Source: Thermoproteota archaeon
GTDB lineage: Archaea > Korarchaeota > Korarchaeia > Korarchaeales > Korarchaeaceae
Direction: 5' to 3'
Length of the DNA stretch: 64,000 nucleotides
Assembly: GCA_027491395.1 (NCBI GenBank)
Contig: JAOZFI010000036.1
Span: forward strand, 32,001-96,000
Made by a program: the position numbers and the translations under genes. This document shows, piece after piece, positions 45,176 through 54,917 of this stretch; positions within the stretch are counted from its first letter, which is position 1; every line of letters begins with the position of its first letter. A model generated the notes under the pieces. That model had not been told where the DNA came from and searched no databases. It was given only the letters and a program-made list of their open reading frames with translations.

Positions 45176-47665
45176 ATGACGAATAGAAGGGGAATACTCC
45201 TTTCCGTCTTCTACTCAGGTGAGGATAAAGCTGCTGTAATGAAGTTCTACGATCCTGGGAGAGAGGAGGTCTTTCTTGTTAGAGATAATACCGGACATAA
45301 ACCCTATCTGTTAACGGATGCGCCAGCCGATTCTTTAGAGGAAATGCTATCCCCCGGCTTAGCTGCTAGGTTATTCAAGGTCTCTAAGGTGAGGAAGTAC
45401 GACATTCTGAGGGACAAGGAAGTTGAAGTGACGAAGGTAGAGGCCAAGGATCCGCTCGCCATAGGAGGATCTCCTAGAAACATGAGGGAGGAGCTGGCTA
45501 AGAAAGGGTTCAGTGTGTGGGAAGCCAAGATAAAGTACTACGACTGCTACGTGTATGACAGAGGGCTGGTACCCGGTTGCTCTTACGAAGTGGACGAATC
45601 AGGAAATGTGATTAGACTACATGAGGACAGCGAGATCCCCCAGGAGTTCAGGCATTTAGACGAGAGGACTGGGGAGATACTCTCTTCCATGATACCCCTA
45701 TTCGATGAACCTTCTCCACACCTAAAGAGTGTTGCCGTCGATATAGAGGTACTGGCCACTCTAGACAGGATGCCCGATCCCTCGAAGCCGGATAAACCTG
45801 TAGCGGCAGTAGCATTTGTTGATAGTGACGGTCGGAAGGAGGTTCATGTACTGCTGCGGGGCGGAGAGGTGCCAGATACCCTACCCAATGGAGCTCGGCT
45901 GATCAAGTATGAGAACGAGGGTAGGCTGATCCGCTCCGTCCTGGACAGGATCTCACAATACCCACTAGTCTTCACGTATAACGGCGATAACTTCGACATG
46001 CCCTACTTGGCTAGGAGGGCTAGGGAATTGGGAGTGAGGGACTGGCCAGTAAGGTTGGAGAGGGACAGAGCTCTTCTAGACACAGGGATGCATGTAGATC
46101 TCTATAAACTCTTTAGCAACAAGTCAATTCAGGTTTACGTGTTCAACAATAAGTACTTAGGTTACACGTTAGATGAGGTGGCTGAGGCCTTACTCGGTGA
46201 GAGAAAGATTGAACTGGGCACTAGAGACTTTTACTCAGTTAGCGCCAGAGAATTAGCTGAATACTGCCTGCAGGATGCGGAATTGACCTTCAAGCTGGGA
46301 AATATCGGGGAGGGCGAGCTGATCAGGCTACTCTTCCTCCTCTCTAGGATAAGCAAGATGTCCTTGGAGGAGGTATCTAGGCAGGGAGTCTCCTCATGGA
46401 TCAGGAACATGATATTCTTCGAATACAGGAGGAGGAACTGGCTCATACCGGAACAGGATGAGATAAAGGCGGTCAGAGGAGAGAGGACCTACTCCCAAGC
46501 GATAATAAAGGGGAAGAAGTACATGGGGGCCATAGTGCTCGAGCCAGTTCCGGGTGTCCATTTCAATGTGGCGGTGATGGACTTCGCAAGCCTATATCCC
46601 TCCATAATTGGCAGGTGGAAAGTAAGCTTCGAGACGATAAACTGCCCGCACGAGGACTGCAGGGAGAACAGGCCGGTGGAGGAACTGCCCCACTGGATAT
46701 GTAGGAAGGGGCTCGGGATAGTCCCCTACCTCATACAGGCGTTGAGGGACATGAGGGTGAGGAGGTACAAGAAGAGGGCTAAAGAGGAGAAGGACGAGCA
46801 CATGAGAAGATGGTTCGACACAGTTCAGAGGAGCTTGAAGGTCTTCCTTAACGCTAGCTACGGGGTGTTCGGGTATGAGAACTTCCCGCTGTACTCCCCA
46901 CCTGCCGCCGAGACCATCACTGCATTGGCCAGGAAGGCCATGCTCCTATCGATAGAGGAGGCTAAGAAAATGGGCTTGGAGGTCATTTACGGGGACACCG
47001 ATTCTCTATTCATCAAGGGTGCAACTCAAGAGGAAATAGAGCGGTTGGAGGAGGCGGTAGAATCCAAGTTGGGTATAGATCTAGAGCTGGACAAGTGGTA
47101 TCGGTACGTGGTCCTCTCTCGTCTGAAGAAGAACTACTTGGGAGTGACTGTGGACGGAGTAATTGATGTGAAAGGGCTTCTCGGGAAGAAGAGGAACATC
47201 CCACTGTTCGTCAAGAAGGCGTTTGATGAGGTGCTGGAGATACTCAGAAAGGTGGAAACCCCCGACCAGTTCGAGGAAGCCAAGGAGAAGGTAGCTGAGA
47301 CGATAAGATCCTATGTTAAAAGGCTGGAAGCTGGAGAGTTCGATCTGGAGGAGCTGGCCTTCAAGACCATGCTGACTAGGAACTTGAACAGCTACAAGAA
47401 GACCACCCCTCAGCACGTCAAGGTGGCGAGGATGCTTGAGAGCATGGGAAGGAGGGTGGTTGCCGGTCAGGTGATCAGATATGTGAAGGTGAGAGGTAGA
47501 GAAGGTGTGATGCCCCTCGAACTCGCCAAAAAAGCCCAGATAGATAAGGAAAAGTACTTGGAGATAATGAAGACAACATTCGAGCAGATACTTGATTCCC
47601 TAGACATGGACTTCGACGATATAGTGAAGGAGAGGAGATCAACGAGCCTTGAGGAATTCTTCTAA
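45176..47665 (+). CDS. DNA polymerase B1 (TACK-type family B polymerase)
   Basis: DNTGHKPY, VWEAKIKYY, intact exonuclease motifs DIE / YNGDNFD / YCLQDA, DFASLYPS, NASYG, YGDTDS, PIP box SLEEFF; start placed after the TATA box at about 45140. Confidence 0.93.
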   Translation: MTNRRGILLSVFYSGEDKAAVMKFYDPGREEVFLVRDNTGHKPYLLTDAPADSLEEMLSPGLAARLFKVSKVRKYDILRDKEVEVTKVEAKDPLAIGGSPRNMREELAKKGFSVWEAKIKYYDCYVYDRGLVPGCSYEVDESGNVIRLHEDSEIPQEFRHLDERTGEILSSMIPLFDEPSPHLKSVAVDIEVLATLDRMPDPSKPDKPVAAVAFVDSDGRKEVHVLLRGGEVPDTLPNGARLIKYENEGRLIRSVLDRISQYPLVFTYNGDNFDMPYLARRARELGVRDWPVRLERDRALLDTGMHVDLYKLFSNKSIQVYVFNNKYLGYTLDEVAEALLGERKIELGTRDFYSVSARELAEYCLQDAELTFKLGNIGEGELIRLLFLLSRISKMSLEEVSRQGVSSWIRNMIFFEYRRRNWLIPEQDEIKAVRGERTYSQAIIKGKKYMGAIVLEPVPGVHFNVAVMDFASLYPSIIGRWKVSFETINCPHEDCRENRPVEELPHWICRKGLGIVPYLIQALRDMRVRRYKKRAKEEKDEHMRRWFDTVQRSLKVFLNASYGVFGYENFPLYSPPAAETITALARKAMLLSIEEAKKMGLEVIYGDTDSLFIKGATQEEIERLEEAVESKLGIDLELDKWYRYVVLSRLKKNYLGVTVDGVIDVKGLLGKKRNIPLFVKKAFDEVLEILRKVETPDQFEEAKEKVAETIRSYVKRLEAGEFDLEELAFKTMLTRNLNSYKKTTPQHVKVARMLESMGRRVVAGQVIRYVKVRGREGVMPLELAKKAQIDKEKYLEIMKTTFEQILDSLDMDFDDIVKERRSTSLEEFF

Positions 47666-49534
47666 CTTCTCCTTCACCCTCTTGCTGACTATGGATCCGT
47701 CTATTTTCCCCCTGACCTCCTTCATCACCTCACCCATGACCATGCCGTAAGCCCTCTCTCCCCTCTCCCTCACCTTGGACGAGAGTTTCTCGAGGACCTG
47801 CTCTATCACCTTATCCAACTCATCGACCGACATGCGATGGGTCTTCACGTACTCCTCAGCGCTGGAGTACTCTCCCCTAGAAAGAGACCTCAGCACTTCG
47901 GGCACGGCCTCCTTAGCCAGCGATCCTTCTCCAAGCAACTTGGCTATCTCCTCAAAGTGCTCCTCCCCCAGATTCTCCACGGGTTCGCTCTCTCTCTTCA
48001 AGGACCTGACCATTGAGACGAGCATCGACGCTAGAAATCTAGTAGGCACTCCGTACCTACTCAACCTCTCGAAGAGCTTCACTTTTCCATCATCGAATAT
48101 CTCCCAAGCCAACTCCTCAGTCAGGTCGTATTTCTCCATTAGCTCTCTGACTTGATCCTCCGGCATGGGAGGGAGCTCCTTTATCCTCTCCAGTACGGGC
48201 CTTACGTTCACAGGCATGACATCGGTTTCGGGATACATCCTAGCGGAGCCAGGCATGGGTCTCATGAAGGCGGTGTTTCCGTCTGGGAGGGCTCTTCTAG
48301 TTTCGTTGGGTACTCCCCTGAGAGCTTGCTTTAACCTCTCCCTCACGGAGTCCAGAGCCAGTTTGGCAGCATCCTCCCTCCCCAGAACGAGCACGAAGGA
48401 ATCCCCTTCATCACATCCGAGCAGCTCCCTGACCTCATTCACCTCATCCTTCCCTATCCCATAACCAGGCAGCTCGTCCCCGTGCAGGATGCCCTCGACT
48501 CCACCGAAGACCTTAGCATAATCAGCTAGCTCCTTCCCGAATCTCCTTCCTGGCTGTAGCTCCTTGCCCAATATCCCACTGAAACCCTTAACTTTGATGC
48601 CGTAGACCCTCTCACCCCTAGATAGGGCCTTCGTTATCAACTTCGACTTGGAGGACGAGAAAGCGGAAGTTACATCGACGATGGGGATGTCCAGATCCTC
48701 CTCCTTCACGTCCCTACTCCTCAGCTCATCCCTTATGCTGAGGAGGTTCAGCTGCCTCACAACCTCTCTCCTTATTATCTCCGGGATGAGATCTAGGTCC
48801 TGAACGCCTTTTATCTCCTGCCTGGCGCCGCCCTCTATGGAAACGTTTATGTCCTGCCTGATGGTACCCAACCCCCTCTGAACCTTACCTGTCGCTCTAA
48901 GTATCCTCCCGAGCTTCAATGCCGCCTCTCTGGCCTGTTCGGGGTACATAATATCGGGCTCGGTCGCCAACTCTACCAAGGGGATGCCCAGTCTGTCGAG
49001 CCTGTATTTAGCTCTCTCGGACTTACTTTCAACGATGTAGGCTGACTCCTCCTCCAGACAGAGGGTCGCCATCCTGACCCTGCCCCACTTTGTCTCTATC
49101 CCGCTGCCCTCCCCACCCAGTGCTACTAAAGCGGTCCTCTGGAATCCAGTAGTATTGCTTCCATCGACGACTATCTTCCTCATGACATGGACCTCGTCCA
49201 CGGGCTCCATCCCCAGCATCAGCGCTATGGTCAGGGAGATCTCTAAGGCCTCCTCGTTCATTGGATGGGGTGGCGCCTCGTCAGCCTCCACCTCGCAGGT
49301 GGTGTCGTAGTAGATCCCGTAGAGAAAATCTCTCTTCCTCAACGACTCGAACCTAGCGGCCGGATCTATAGTACCTAACTCGCTGTAAGAGACACTCAGT
49401 CTTCTCCTGATCCACTCATGGGGCTCATCTTCTCTCATTATTGAGGGACAACTGCAGAACAACTTGTGAGTGTCGAGCCTCTGATGGATCTCCAGCCCGA
49501 CCTTGAGACCCACCTTTTCGTAATTGATGTCCAC
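47639..49534 (-). CDS. gatE: Glu-tRNA(Gln) amidotransferase subunit E
   Basis: GLKVGLEIHQRL, MRKIVVDGSNTTGFQRT, LDRLGIPLVE, RMYPETD. Confidence 0.97.
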   Translation of the reverse strand: MDINYEKVGLKVGLEIHQRLDTHKLFCSCPSIMREDEPHEWIRRRLSVSYSELGTIDPAARFESLRKRDFLYGIYYDTTCEVEADEAPPHPMNEEALEISLTIALMLGMEPVDEVHVMRKIVVDGSNTTGFQRTALVALGGEGSGIETKWGRVRMATLCLEEESAYIVESKSERAKYRLDRLGIPLVELATEPDIMYPEQAREAALKLGRILRATGKVQRGLGTIRQDINVSIEGGARQEIKGVQDLDLIPEIIRREVVRQLNLLSIRDELRSRDVKEEDLDIPIVDVTSAFSSSKSKLITKALSRGERVYGIKVKGFSGILGKELQPGRRFGKELADYAKVFGGVEGILHGDELPGYGIGKDEVNEVRELLGCDEGDSFVLVLGREDAAKLALDSVRERLKQALRGVPNETRRALPDGNTAFMRPMPGSARMYPETDVMPVNVRPVLERIKELPPMPEDQVRELMEKYDLTEELAWEIFDDGKVKLFERLSRYGVPTRFLASMLVSMVRSLKRESEPVENLGEEHFEEIAKLLGEGSLAKEAVPEVLRSLSRGEYSSAEEYVKTHRMSVDELDKVIEQVLEKLSSKVRERGERAYGMVMGEVMKEVRGKIDGSIVSKRVKEKLEEFLKAR

Positions 49535-49538
49535 GTAA

Positions 49539-50879
49539 TCACCTCCAACACGGCGGAAATACGTTTAGTCCTAGGTGAGCGCCCAGCTCCCCGGCGATGT
49601 TCGTCTGCATGATCCTCCTGATCTCCTCTATGTCGCTGGTATGACCTAAAGCGTACATCAGCTTTATCAAAGCTACTTCAGGGAGCATATCCCCTCCAGG
49701 TATCACACCAGCCACCAGGAGACGCCTTCCCGTCTCATACACTTGGAGGTCCACCCTCCCGAATAGGCACTGGGATGTTACGACCACGGGAACTCCGCTG
49801 CCAACTATCTCTCCCACGATAGGGATGAGCCAGCGAGGGACATGGCCCAATCCTGTCCCGGCCATCACTATACCCTTGAACCTCTCACCGGCATACCTAA
49901 GCATGTCCTCCGGCATACCGGGCCACACATGGAGGAGGGCCACATTGGGCTCAAGCCGGTCATCCAGCTCTACCCGGCTCCTTCCCTCTCTTCTGGGGTT
50001 GAACTTGTTGGACAACAACTCAATCTTCTCCCTCGTCACTTTAGCGATTGGAGGCTCGTTTACCGGCTGGAAAGCATCTCTCCTGGAAGTGTGAAGCTTC
50101 CTCGCCTTCACCCCCCTTATCACGAAGGCGTAATCATCGTGTGGGCTCCCGTGCATCACAATGACGGACTCGGCAATGGGTCCTTGCGCCGCCACCCTTG
50201 CAGCAGCTATCAAGTTGAGGATAGCATCAGTGGATGGACGATCTATCGACCTTTGAGAGCCGACCAGAACGACCGGCTTATCTAGGTTATGCAGCATGAA
50301 GGCTAGGGCAGCCGCCGTGAAGTGCATGGTGTCGGTGCCATGGGCTATTATGACACCCTCTGCCCCCCTCCTTAACTCGTCGTAAACAGCTTTGGCGATC
50401 TTCCTCCAATGATCTGGAGTTAAATTTTCGCTGAACTCGGCAAACAGAGGCACATAATCTATGTTAACGATCTCAGCCAGCTCAGGTACTATGTCAAGTA
50501 GCTCCTCTGGCTTCTCGTGAGATATAACCGCCCCCGTAGAATAGTCGACCCTAGAAGTGATGGTTCCCCCGGTCACTATGAGGGGAACGTAGGGTAGATC
50601 CTCCCTGAACCTGAGCGAGGGAACCTCCTTCCTCTGAATGGGCTTTCCCTTCTCCAGAACTTCTATCTCTACGCCATCTAGGTGTATCCCGATGTTGTAT
50701 CCGCTGTCCAGCTTCAGGATCAAATGCTCATCGTCGAAAATCTCCGGTCGAGGTATCACGATTCCCTCATATACCAGACTCCCTTTCCTTATTCTGATCC
50801 GATCGTAGTCTTCCACACCCAGAGAAGAGAGGATACGCTTGGCCTTTCCCCTATAGTGGAGAGTCATCGGTCCAGTCAA
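49539..50879 (-). CDS. gatD: Glu-tRNA(Gln) amidotransferase subunit D
   Basis: KLDSGYNIG, TGGTI, HGTDTM, GSQRSIDRPS, RKLHTSRRDAF. Confidence 0.97.
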   Translation of the reverse strand: MTGPMTLHYRGKAKRILSSLGVEDYDRIRIRKGSLVYEGIVIPRPEIFDDEHLILKLDSGYNIGIHLDGVEIEVLEKGKPIQRKEVPSLRFREDLPYVPLIVTGGTITSRVDYSTGAVISHEKPEELLDIVPELAEIVNIDYVPLFAEFSENLTPDHWRKIAKAVYDELRRGAEGVIIAHGTDTMHFTAAALAFMLHNLDKPVVLVGSQRSIDRPSTDAILNLIAAARVAAQGPIAESVIVMHGSPHDDYAFVIRGVKARKLHTSRRDAFQPVNEPPIAKVTREKIELLSNKFNPRREGRSRVELDDRLEPNVALLHVWPGMPEDMLRYAGERFKGIVMAGTGLGHVPRWLIPIVGEIVGSGVPVVVTSQCLFGRVDLQVYETGRRLLVAGVIPGGDMLPEVALIKLMYALGHTSDIEEIRRIMQTNIAGELGAHLGLNVFPPCWR

Positions 50880-50912
50880 CCGGTTCTACAGTAAAAAAGA
50901 TTGGATGGAGGG

Positions 50913-51323
50913 TCATCCCAGAACAGGTCTGAACTTGTAGGAGTAGGCTATGAGGCCGGATTCACCGCTCACGCGTGTCTTCCTTATTACCATCTCTACC
51001 TCCATTCCTTCCTTGACCTCTTCTGGATGCACATCCGTTAGCTGTGAAAAGACACGCGTACCATCCTCCAGCTCTATTAGGGCTACGACGTACGGGGTGT
51101 AATACTCGTATCCTCTGGGGGCGTTCCAGATTACGGAGTAGTTGATGACCTTACCCCTTCTAGGCAGCGCCACCCTCTCAATGTTCTTGGATCCGCATAC
51201 CGGACATACTCTCTCCTCCGGCAGCGTTTTATGACCGCAATCCTTGCACCTACCACCCTCCAACCTGTACCTAGCCGGGAGTTCCCTCCAATGGGCTGGG
51301 ACACTCTGCCAATATGCCCACAT
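50913..51323 (-). CDS. DUF35 Zn-ribbon/OB-fold protein (scaffold of the thiolase-HMGCS complex)
   Basis: CKDCG..CPVCG, PYVVALIELEDG and YKFRP; adjacent to thiolase and HMGCS. Confidence 0.9.
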   Translation of the reverse strand: MWAYWQSVPAHWRELPARYRLEGGRCKDCGHKTLPEERVCPVCGSKNIERVALPRRGKVINYSVIWNAPRGYEYYTPYVVALIELEDGTRVFSQLTDVHPEEVKEGMEVEMVIRKTRVSGESGLIAYSYKFRPVLG

Positions 51324-51326
51324 AGA

Positions 51327-52460
51327 TCACACCCCCCTCACCAAGTGTACAACCGAATTAGCCCCTAGACCGCCTACACTTAGAACGAGCCCATTCTTTG
51401 CACCAGGAACCTGCCAGCCCTCAGCCCTTTCGGTTATTTGCAGGAAAGCTTCTGCCATCTGGTAGACGCCGGTCGCACCCACGGGATTCCCTCGGGCCTT
51501 CAAACCTCCCTCCGGATTGATGGGAGTGGAACCATCTCTCCGGGCATCTCCACTACTGAAGAGCAACGATGCCTTCCCCCTCTCCGCTAGACCGAGTTCT
51601 TCGACTTCCACGTATCCCATCACACTGGAGTAATCGTGGATCACGTAGAAGTCTGGCTTGAAGTCTTGAGATGCTTTGAGAGCCCTCTTGAAAGCAGCGC
51701 GCACTGAAGGTAACTGAGTCAGATCATTCCTGCGGTATATGGAGATGGTATCAGTCGCCTGACCGGATGAGACTATCTTGACACTGCTTTCTTTACCTAC
51801 GTCCTTGGAAAGTACCACTGCTGCAGCTCCATCACTGATAGGGGCGAGATCCAGCATCGTAACTGGTTCTGCTATTACTGGAGATGATTCATAGCTTTGA
51901 GGCTTCAGTTTAAACCTGAGCTGGGCATGAGGGGTCGTCGACGCGTTCTCATGCATTAGCAGGGGTAAATGGGAGAACTCTTCCTTTGGAACGCCGTACT
52001 TCTTCATGTAGGCCCGCATCATCATGGCATGCATGGATTCCAGTGTCCCCCCAGGGAAGGCCTCGTACTCAGAGTCTATGAAGGTAGAGAGGGCCGATGT
52101 GGAGTCCTCCAGCGATGTGTAGTCGGTCATCTTCTCCACGCCCACCACGAGTACCTTCTCTGCGGTTCCGCTCACCACCAATGACTTGGCGAGTAGTATG
52201 GCGGCTCCCCCCGAGGCCCCAGCGGCCTCCACCTTGACTGCTGGTGTGCCCGCCATTCCCAGATGGGTGGCAACATAGGATGCGAGGTTCTCTTGGGCGT
52301 TTATAACCCCGGAAAGGGCGTTGGCGACGACTATGTAATCCACATCCTCGATTGATGCGTCCTCTAGGGCAGCTAGAGCCGCCTCCACAGCTAGGTGTCT
52401 CAGGGACTTATCCCAATGGTTGCCCACCTGGGTCAAACCCACACCTATCACATAGACCAT
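51327..52460 (-). CDS. Acetyl-CoA acetyltransferase (thiolase, SCP2-like archaeal type) with substituted catalytic residues
   Basis: GVEKMT, PISDGAAAVVL, NPEGGLKARG.PVGATG; start at ATG 52460 with GGTGA SD. Confidence 0.85.
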   Translation of the reverse strand: MVYVIGVGLTQVGNHWDKSLRHLAVEAALAALEDASIEDVDYIVVANALSGVINAQENLASYVATHLGMAGTPAVKVEAAGASGGAAILLAKSLVVSGTAEKVLVVGVEKMTDYTSLEDSTSALSTFIDSEYEAFPGGTLESMHAMMMRAYMKKYGVPKEEFSHLPLLMHENASTTPHAQLRFKLKPQSYESSPVIAEPVTMLDLAPISDGAAAVVLSKDVGKESSVKIVSSGQATDTISIYRRNDLTQLPSVRAAFKRALKASQDFKPDFYVIHDYSSVMGYVEVEELGLAERGKASLLFSSGDARRDGSTPINPEGGLKARGNPVGATGVYQMAEAFLQITERAEGWQVPGAKNGLVLSVGGLGANSVVHLVRGV

Positions 52461-52479
52461 GGCATCACCCCCGAGCATC

Positions 52480-53565
52480 TCAGTAGGCACTGAAGTCGTG
52501 GAGCATGCGGATCATCCTCCTGTACCTAGCATAGGTAGTGTAATCGACGTACTCCTTTCTGGAGACGTAATCCATGGTTTTAGGTGCCAATCCTTGGACC
52601 TCCTCTATTCCCTCCTTCACCTCTATGTGGAACGCGTCACTCCCAGCTCCTGAACCGAACGACACGACCAGTATCTTCTGCCCGGGCTTGGCCTGATCCA
52701 AGACAGCCGCTAACCCGACCAAAGCCGATCCGCTATAGGTGTTTCCTATGTAAGGAGTTATTAGACCAGGCTTTATCTTATCCGGTGTGAATCCCAGCCT
52801 TGTCCCCACCCTCAGGGGGAACTTCCCATTCGGCTGGTGGAATATGGCATAATCGTAATCCTCCGGCGCAGTACCCATCAGAGCCATGAGCTCCTTAGCT
52901 GCAGTCGTTATATGCTTGAAGTAAGCTGGCTCTCCCGTGAAAGCCCTCGTGTGAGCCGGGTAGCGTTCATGCTGCCTCCTCCAGAAGTCAGGGGTATCCG
53001 TTACGTGTGAGAGGGAGGCCTCTATCACAGCCACTGACCTGTCCGCCGGTCCTAGGATGTAGGCGGCACCGCCAGCGGAGGCCGTGTACTCCAGCGCATC
53101 CCCTGGAGCGCCCTGAGCCGTGTCCGCTCCGACAGTTAGCCCGTAATCGATCATTCCAGAGCCTATCAGCCCTAAAATTGATTGAATGGCCTCCGTTCCG
53201 GCCTTACAGGCAAACTCATAGTCAGCACCTGTGGTGAGCCTGCCCTCCCCTCCAGCACCAAGGGCGTCGATCAGCATTGTGGCGGTTGTCTTAACCGCGT
53301 AGGGCTTGGACTCTGTCCCAACGTAGACTGCCCTGAGCTTCGACGCATCTATGCGCGCCCGCTTCAACGCATTGATTGACGCCTCATAGGCTATTGTGAA
53401 GGTGTCCTCATCGATGCCTGGAACGCTCTTCTCCTCGACCATGATACCCGCGGCGTACCTGTTCCAGTCGCGCCCCCATCCTCTCGCAAGCTCCTCCGAC
53501 TTGATGCGCCATTTGGGAACGTAAACTCCCCAACCAACTATTCCAACCCTTCTACTCGCTCTCAT
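52480..53565 (-). CDS. Hydroxymethylglutaryl-CoA synthase
   Basis: GTESKPYAVK, EFACKAGT (catalytic Cys), DTPDFWRR, HQPNGKFP, GNTYSGS, SFGSGAGSD. Confidence 0.95.
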   Translation of the reverse strand: MRASRRVGIVGWGVYVPKWRIKSEELARGWGRDWNRYAAGIMVEEKSVPGIDEDTFTIAYEASINALKRARIDASKLRAVYVGTESKPYAVKTTATMLIDALGAGGEGRLTTGADYEFACKAGTEAIQSILGLIGSGMIDYGLTVGADTAQGAPGDALEYTASAGGAAYILGPADRSVAVIEASLSHVTDTPDFWRRQHERYPAHTRAFTGEPAYFKHITTAAKELMALMGTAPEDYDYAIFHQPNGKFPLRVGTRLGFTPDKIKPGLITPYIGNTYSGSALVGLAAVLDQAKPGQKILVVSFGSGAGSDAFHIEVKEGIEEVQGLAPKTMDYVSRKEYVDYTTYARYRRMIRMLHDFSAY

Positions 53566-53787
53566 ATGATCACCTTATCAGCTAGATGGAACATAGCTGC
53601 CTAATCGGGGTCTATAGCTTTGATCAGGAGGCTCCCTCGTCGAAATATTAAAAGTTAGTATGTTACGAGCCGGAAATAAACAAGAATTATATAAACGGAG
53701 ACATGCGAATTCCTACGTTAATCTTGATGTGAGTCGACGACCCTTTCATTAACTAACGTAGGAGTGAAGGTAAAAAGAGGAGGTCTG

Positions 53788-54270
53788 TCAGGACACTTGA
53801 CCGCGGTAGACTCTCTCCACCGCCTTCAACAGAGCGAATCCGATCACATCGATGGCTATCACAGACCCTATCAGTATGTAGACAAAGGTTATGATGAAGG
53901 GCTGGTTAAACAGCTGGTACAAGTAGGCTGAGACTATCAGGGAAACAGTGACGGGCATCTGACCTAGAGCGAGTAGGGGTCTGTCCCTCAGCTTCCAAGC
54001 TATAGCTGTAGCGATGAGATTAGCAGCTGAACCTCCTAGGGCATCCACTATCCCGAAGGGCCCGAGCATGTTCGCTATGAAGCAGCCCAAAGTTGTTCCC
54101 AGTATTGCTGGGGGGCCCATTAGCACTGAAAGCGCCAGCAAAGCATCTGCTACCCTCACTTGGACTGCATAGAAAGAGATTGGAGCTAGCACGAGGGTCA
54201 GCACAGCGTATGCAGCCGCTATCACCGTGAGCATGGCGACATCGCTACTCAGGTTCCTCATTCCCATCAC
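53788..54270 (-). CDS. QueT family transporter (ECF S-component-like)
   Basis: AAAYAVLT..PISFYAVQVRVADAL, GCFIANM and DALGGS. Confidence 0.8.
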   Translation of the reverse strand: MMGMRNLSSDVAMLTVIAAAYAVLTLVLAPISFYAVQVRVADALLALSVLMGPPAILGTTLGCFIANMLGPFGIVDALGGSAANLIATAIAWKLRDRPLLALGQMPVTVSLIVSAYLYQLFNQPFIITFVYILIGSVIAIDVIGFALLKAVERVYRGQVS

Positions 54271-54290
54271 CCGAACGCGTTTTTACCAGC

Positions 54291-54917
54291 CTATTTAAGA
54301 ACCTTCCCAGTTTCCATGTACCAGAGATAGAGATCGAGTTCTCCGAGAGTTAAGCCCGTTTTCTCGGCTATTTTCCCTAGTATCGATTCTATTTCCAAGT
54401 ACTTCCTTCTCGTAAGGGTCTTAGGTCTCTCTATGATCCCATACCTCACCAGTACATCCACTATGTGGTAGTCGATTATCGCCACATTCTTGTATCCTAT
54501 ATTCCTCAGGAAATGGCTGGCTTCCTTGTATCCTAGACCCCTCACATTCTTGACTAACCACTCTCTGAGACTCCTCTCATCCTTGAAGCTGCTCAGGATG
54601 CCCTTCAACTCGGGTAAGAGCTTTCTGGCCTCAACGATGTACTCAGCTCTGGCCTTGGGGAAGCGGTGACCGAGCTCCCTCAATCTACTCTCCAGTTCTT
54701 CCCTGGGAAGCGTGATGAACCCGTCTCCTATAGCTCTCTGTATCCTTATCCCGCCTTCGGCGCTGTAATTGGCAGTTAAGAGGCAAAAAGCCAGCTCCTT
54801 GAATATCTCCTCCGCACTACTCTTCCCCAGTCGCTCGAACTCCCTCATCCTGATAGCTATGAGCTTAGAGACTTCCTCGCTTCTCAGCCTGTTCACTTCC
54901 CTAATCAGGTCCTCCAT
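54291..54917 (-). CDS. ogg: 8-oxoguanine N-glycosylase/DNA lyase
   Basis: ELAFCLLTAN, HRFP, GLGYKEASHFLRN, AIIDYH, C-terminal GKVLK. Confidence 0.93.
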   Translation of the reverse strand: MEDLIREVNRLRSEEVSKLIAIRMREFERLGKSSAEEIFKELAFCLLTANYSAEGGIRIQRAIGDGFITLPREELESRLRELGHRFPKARAEYIVEARKLLPELKGILSSFKDERSLREWLVKNVRGLGYKEASHFLRNIGYKNVAIIDYHIVDVLVRYGIIERPKTLTRRKYLEIESILGKIAEKTGLTLGELDLYLWYMETGKVLK

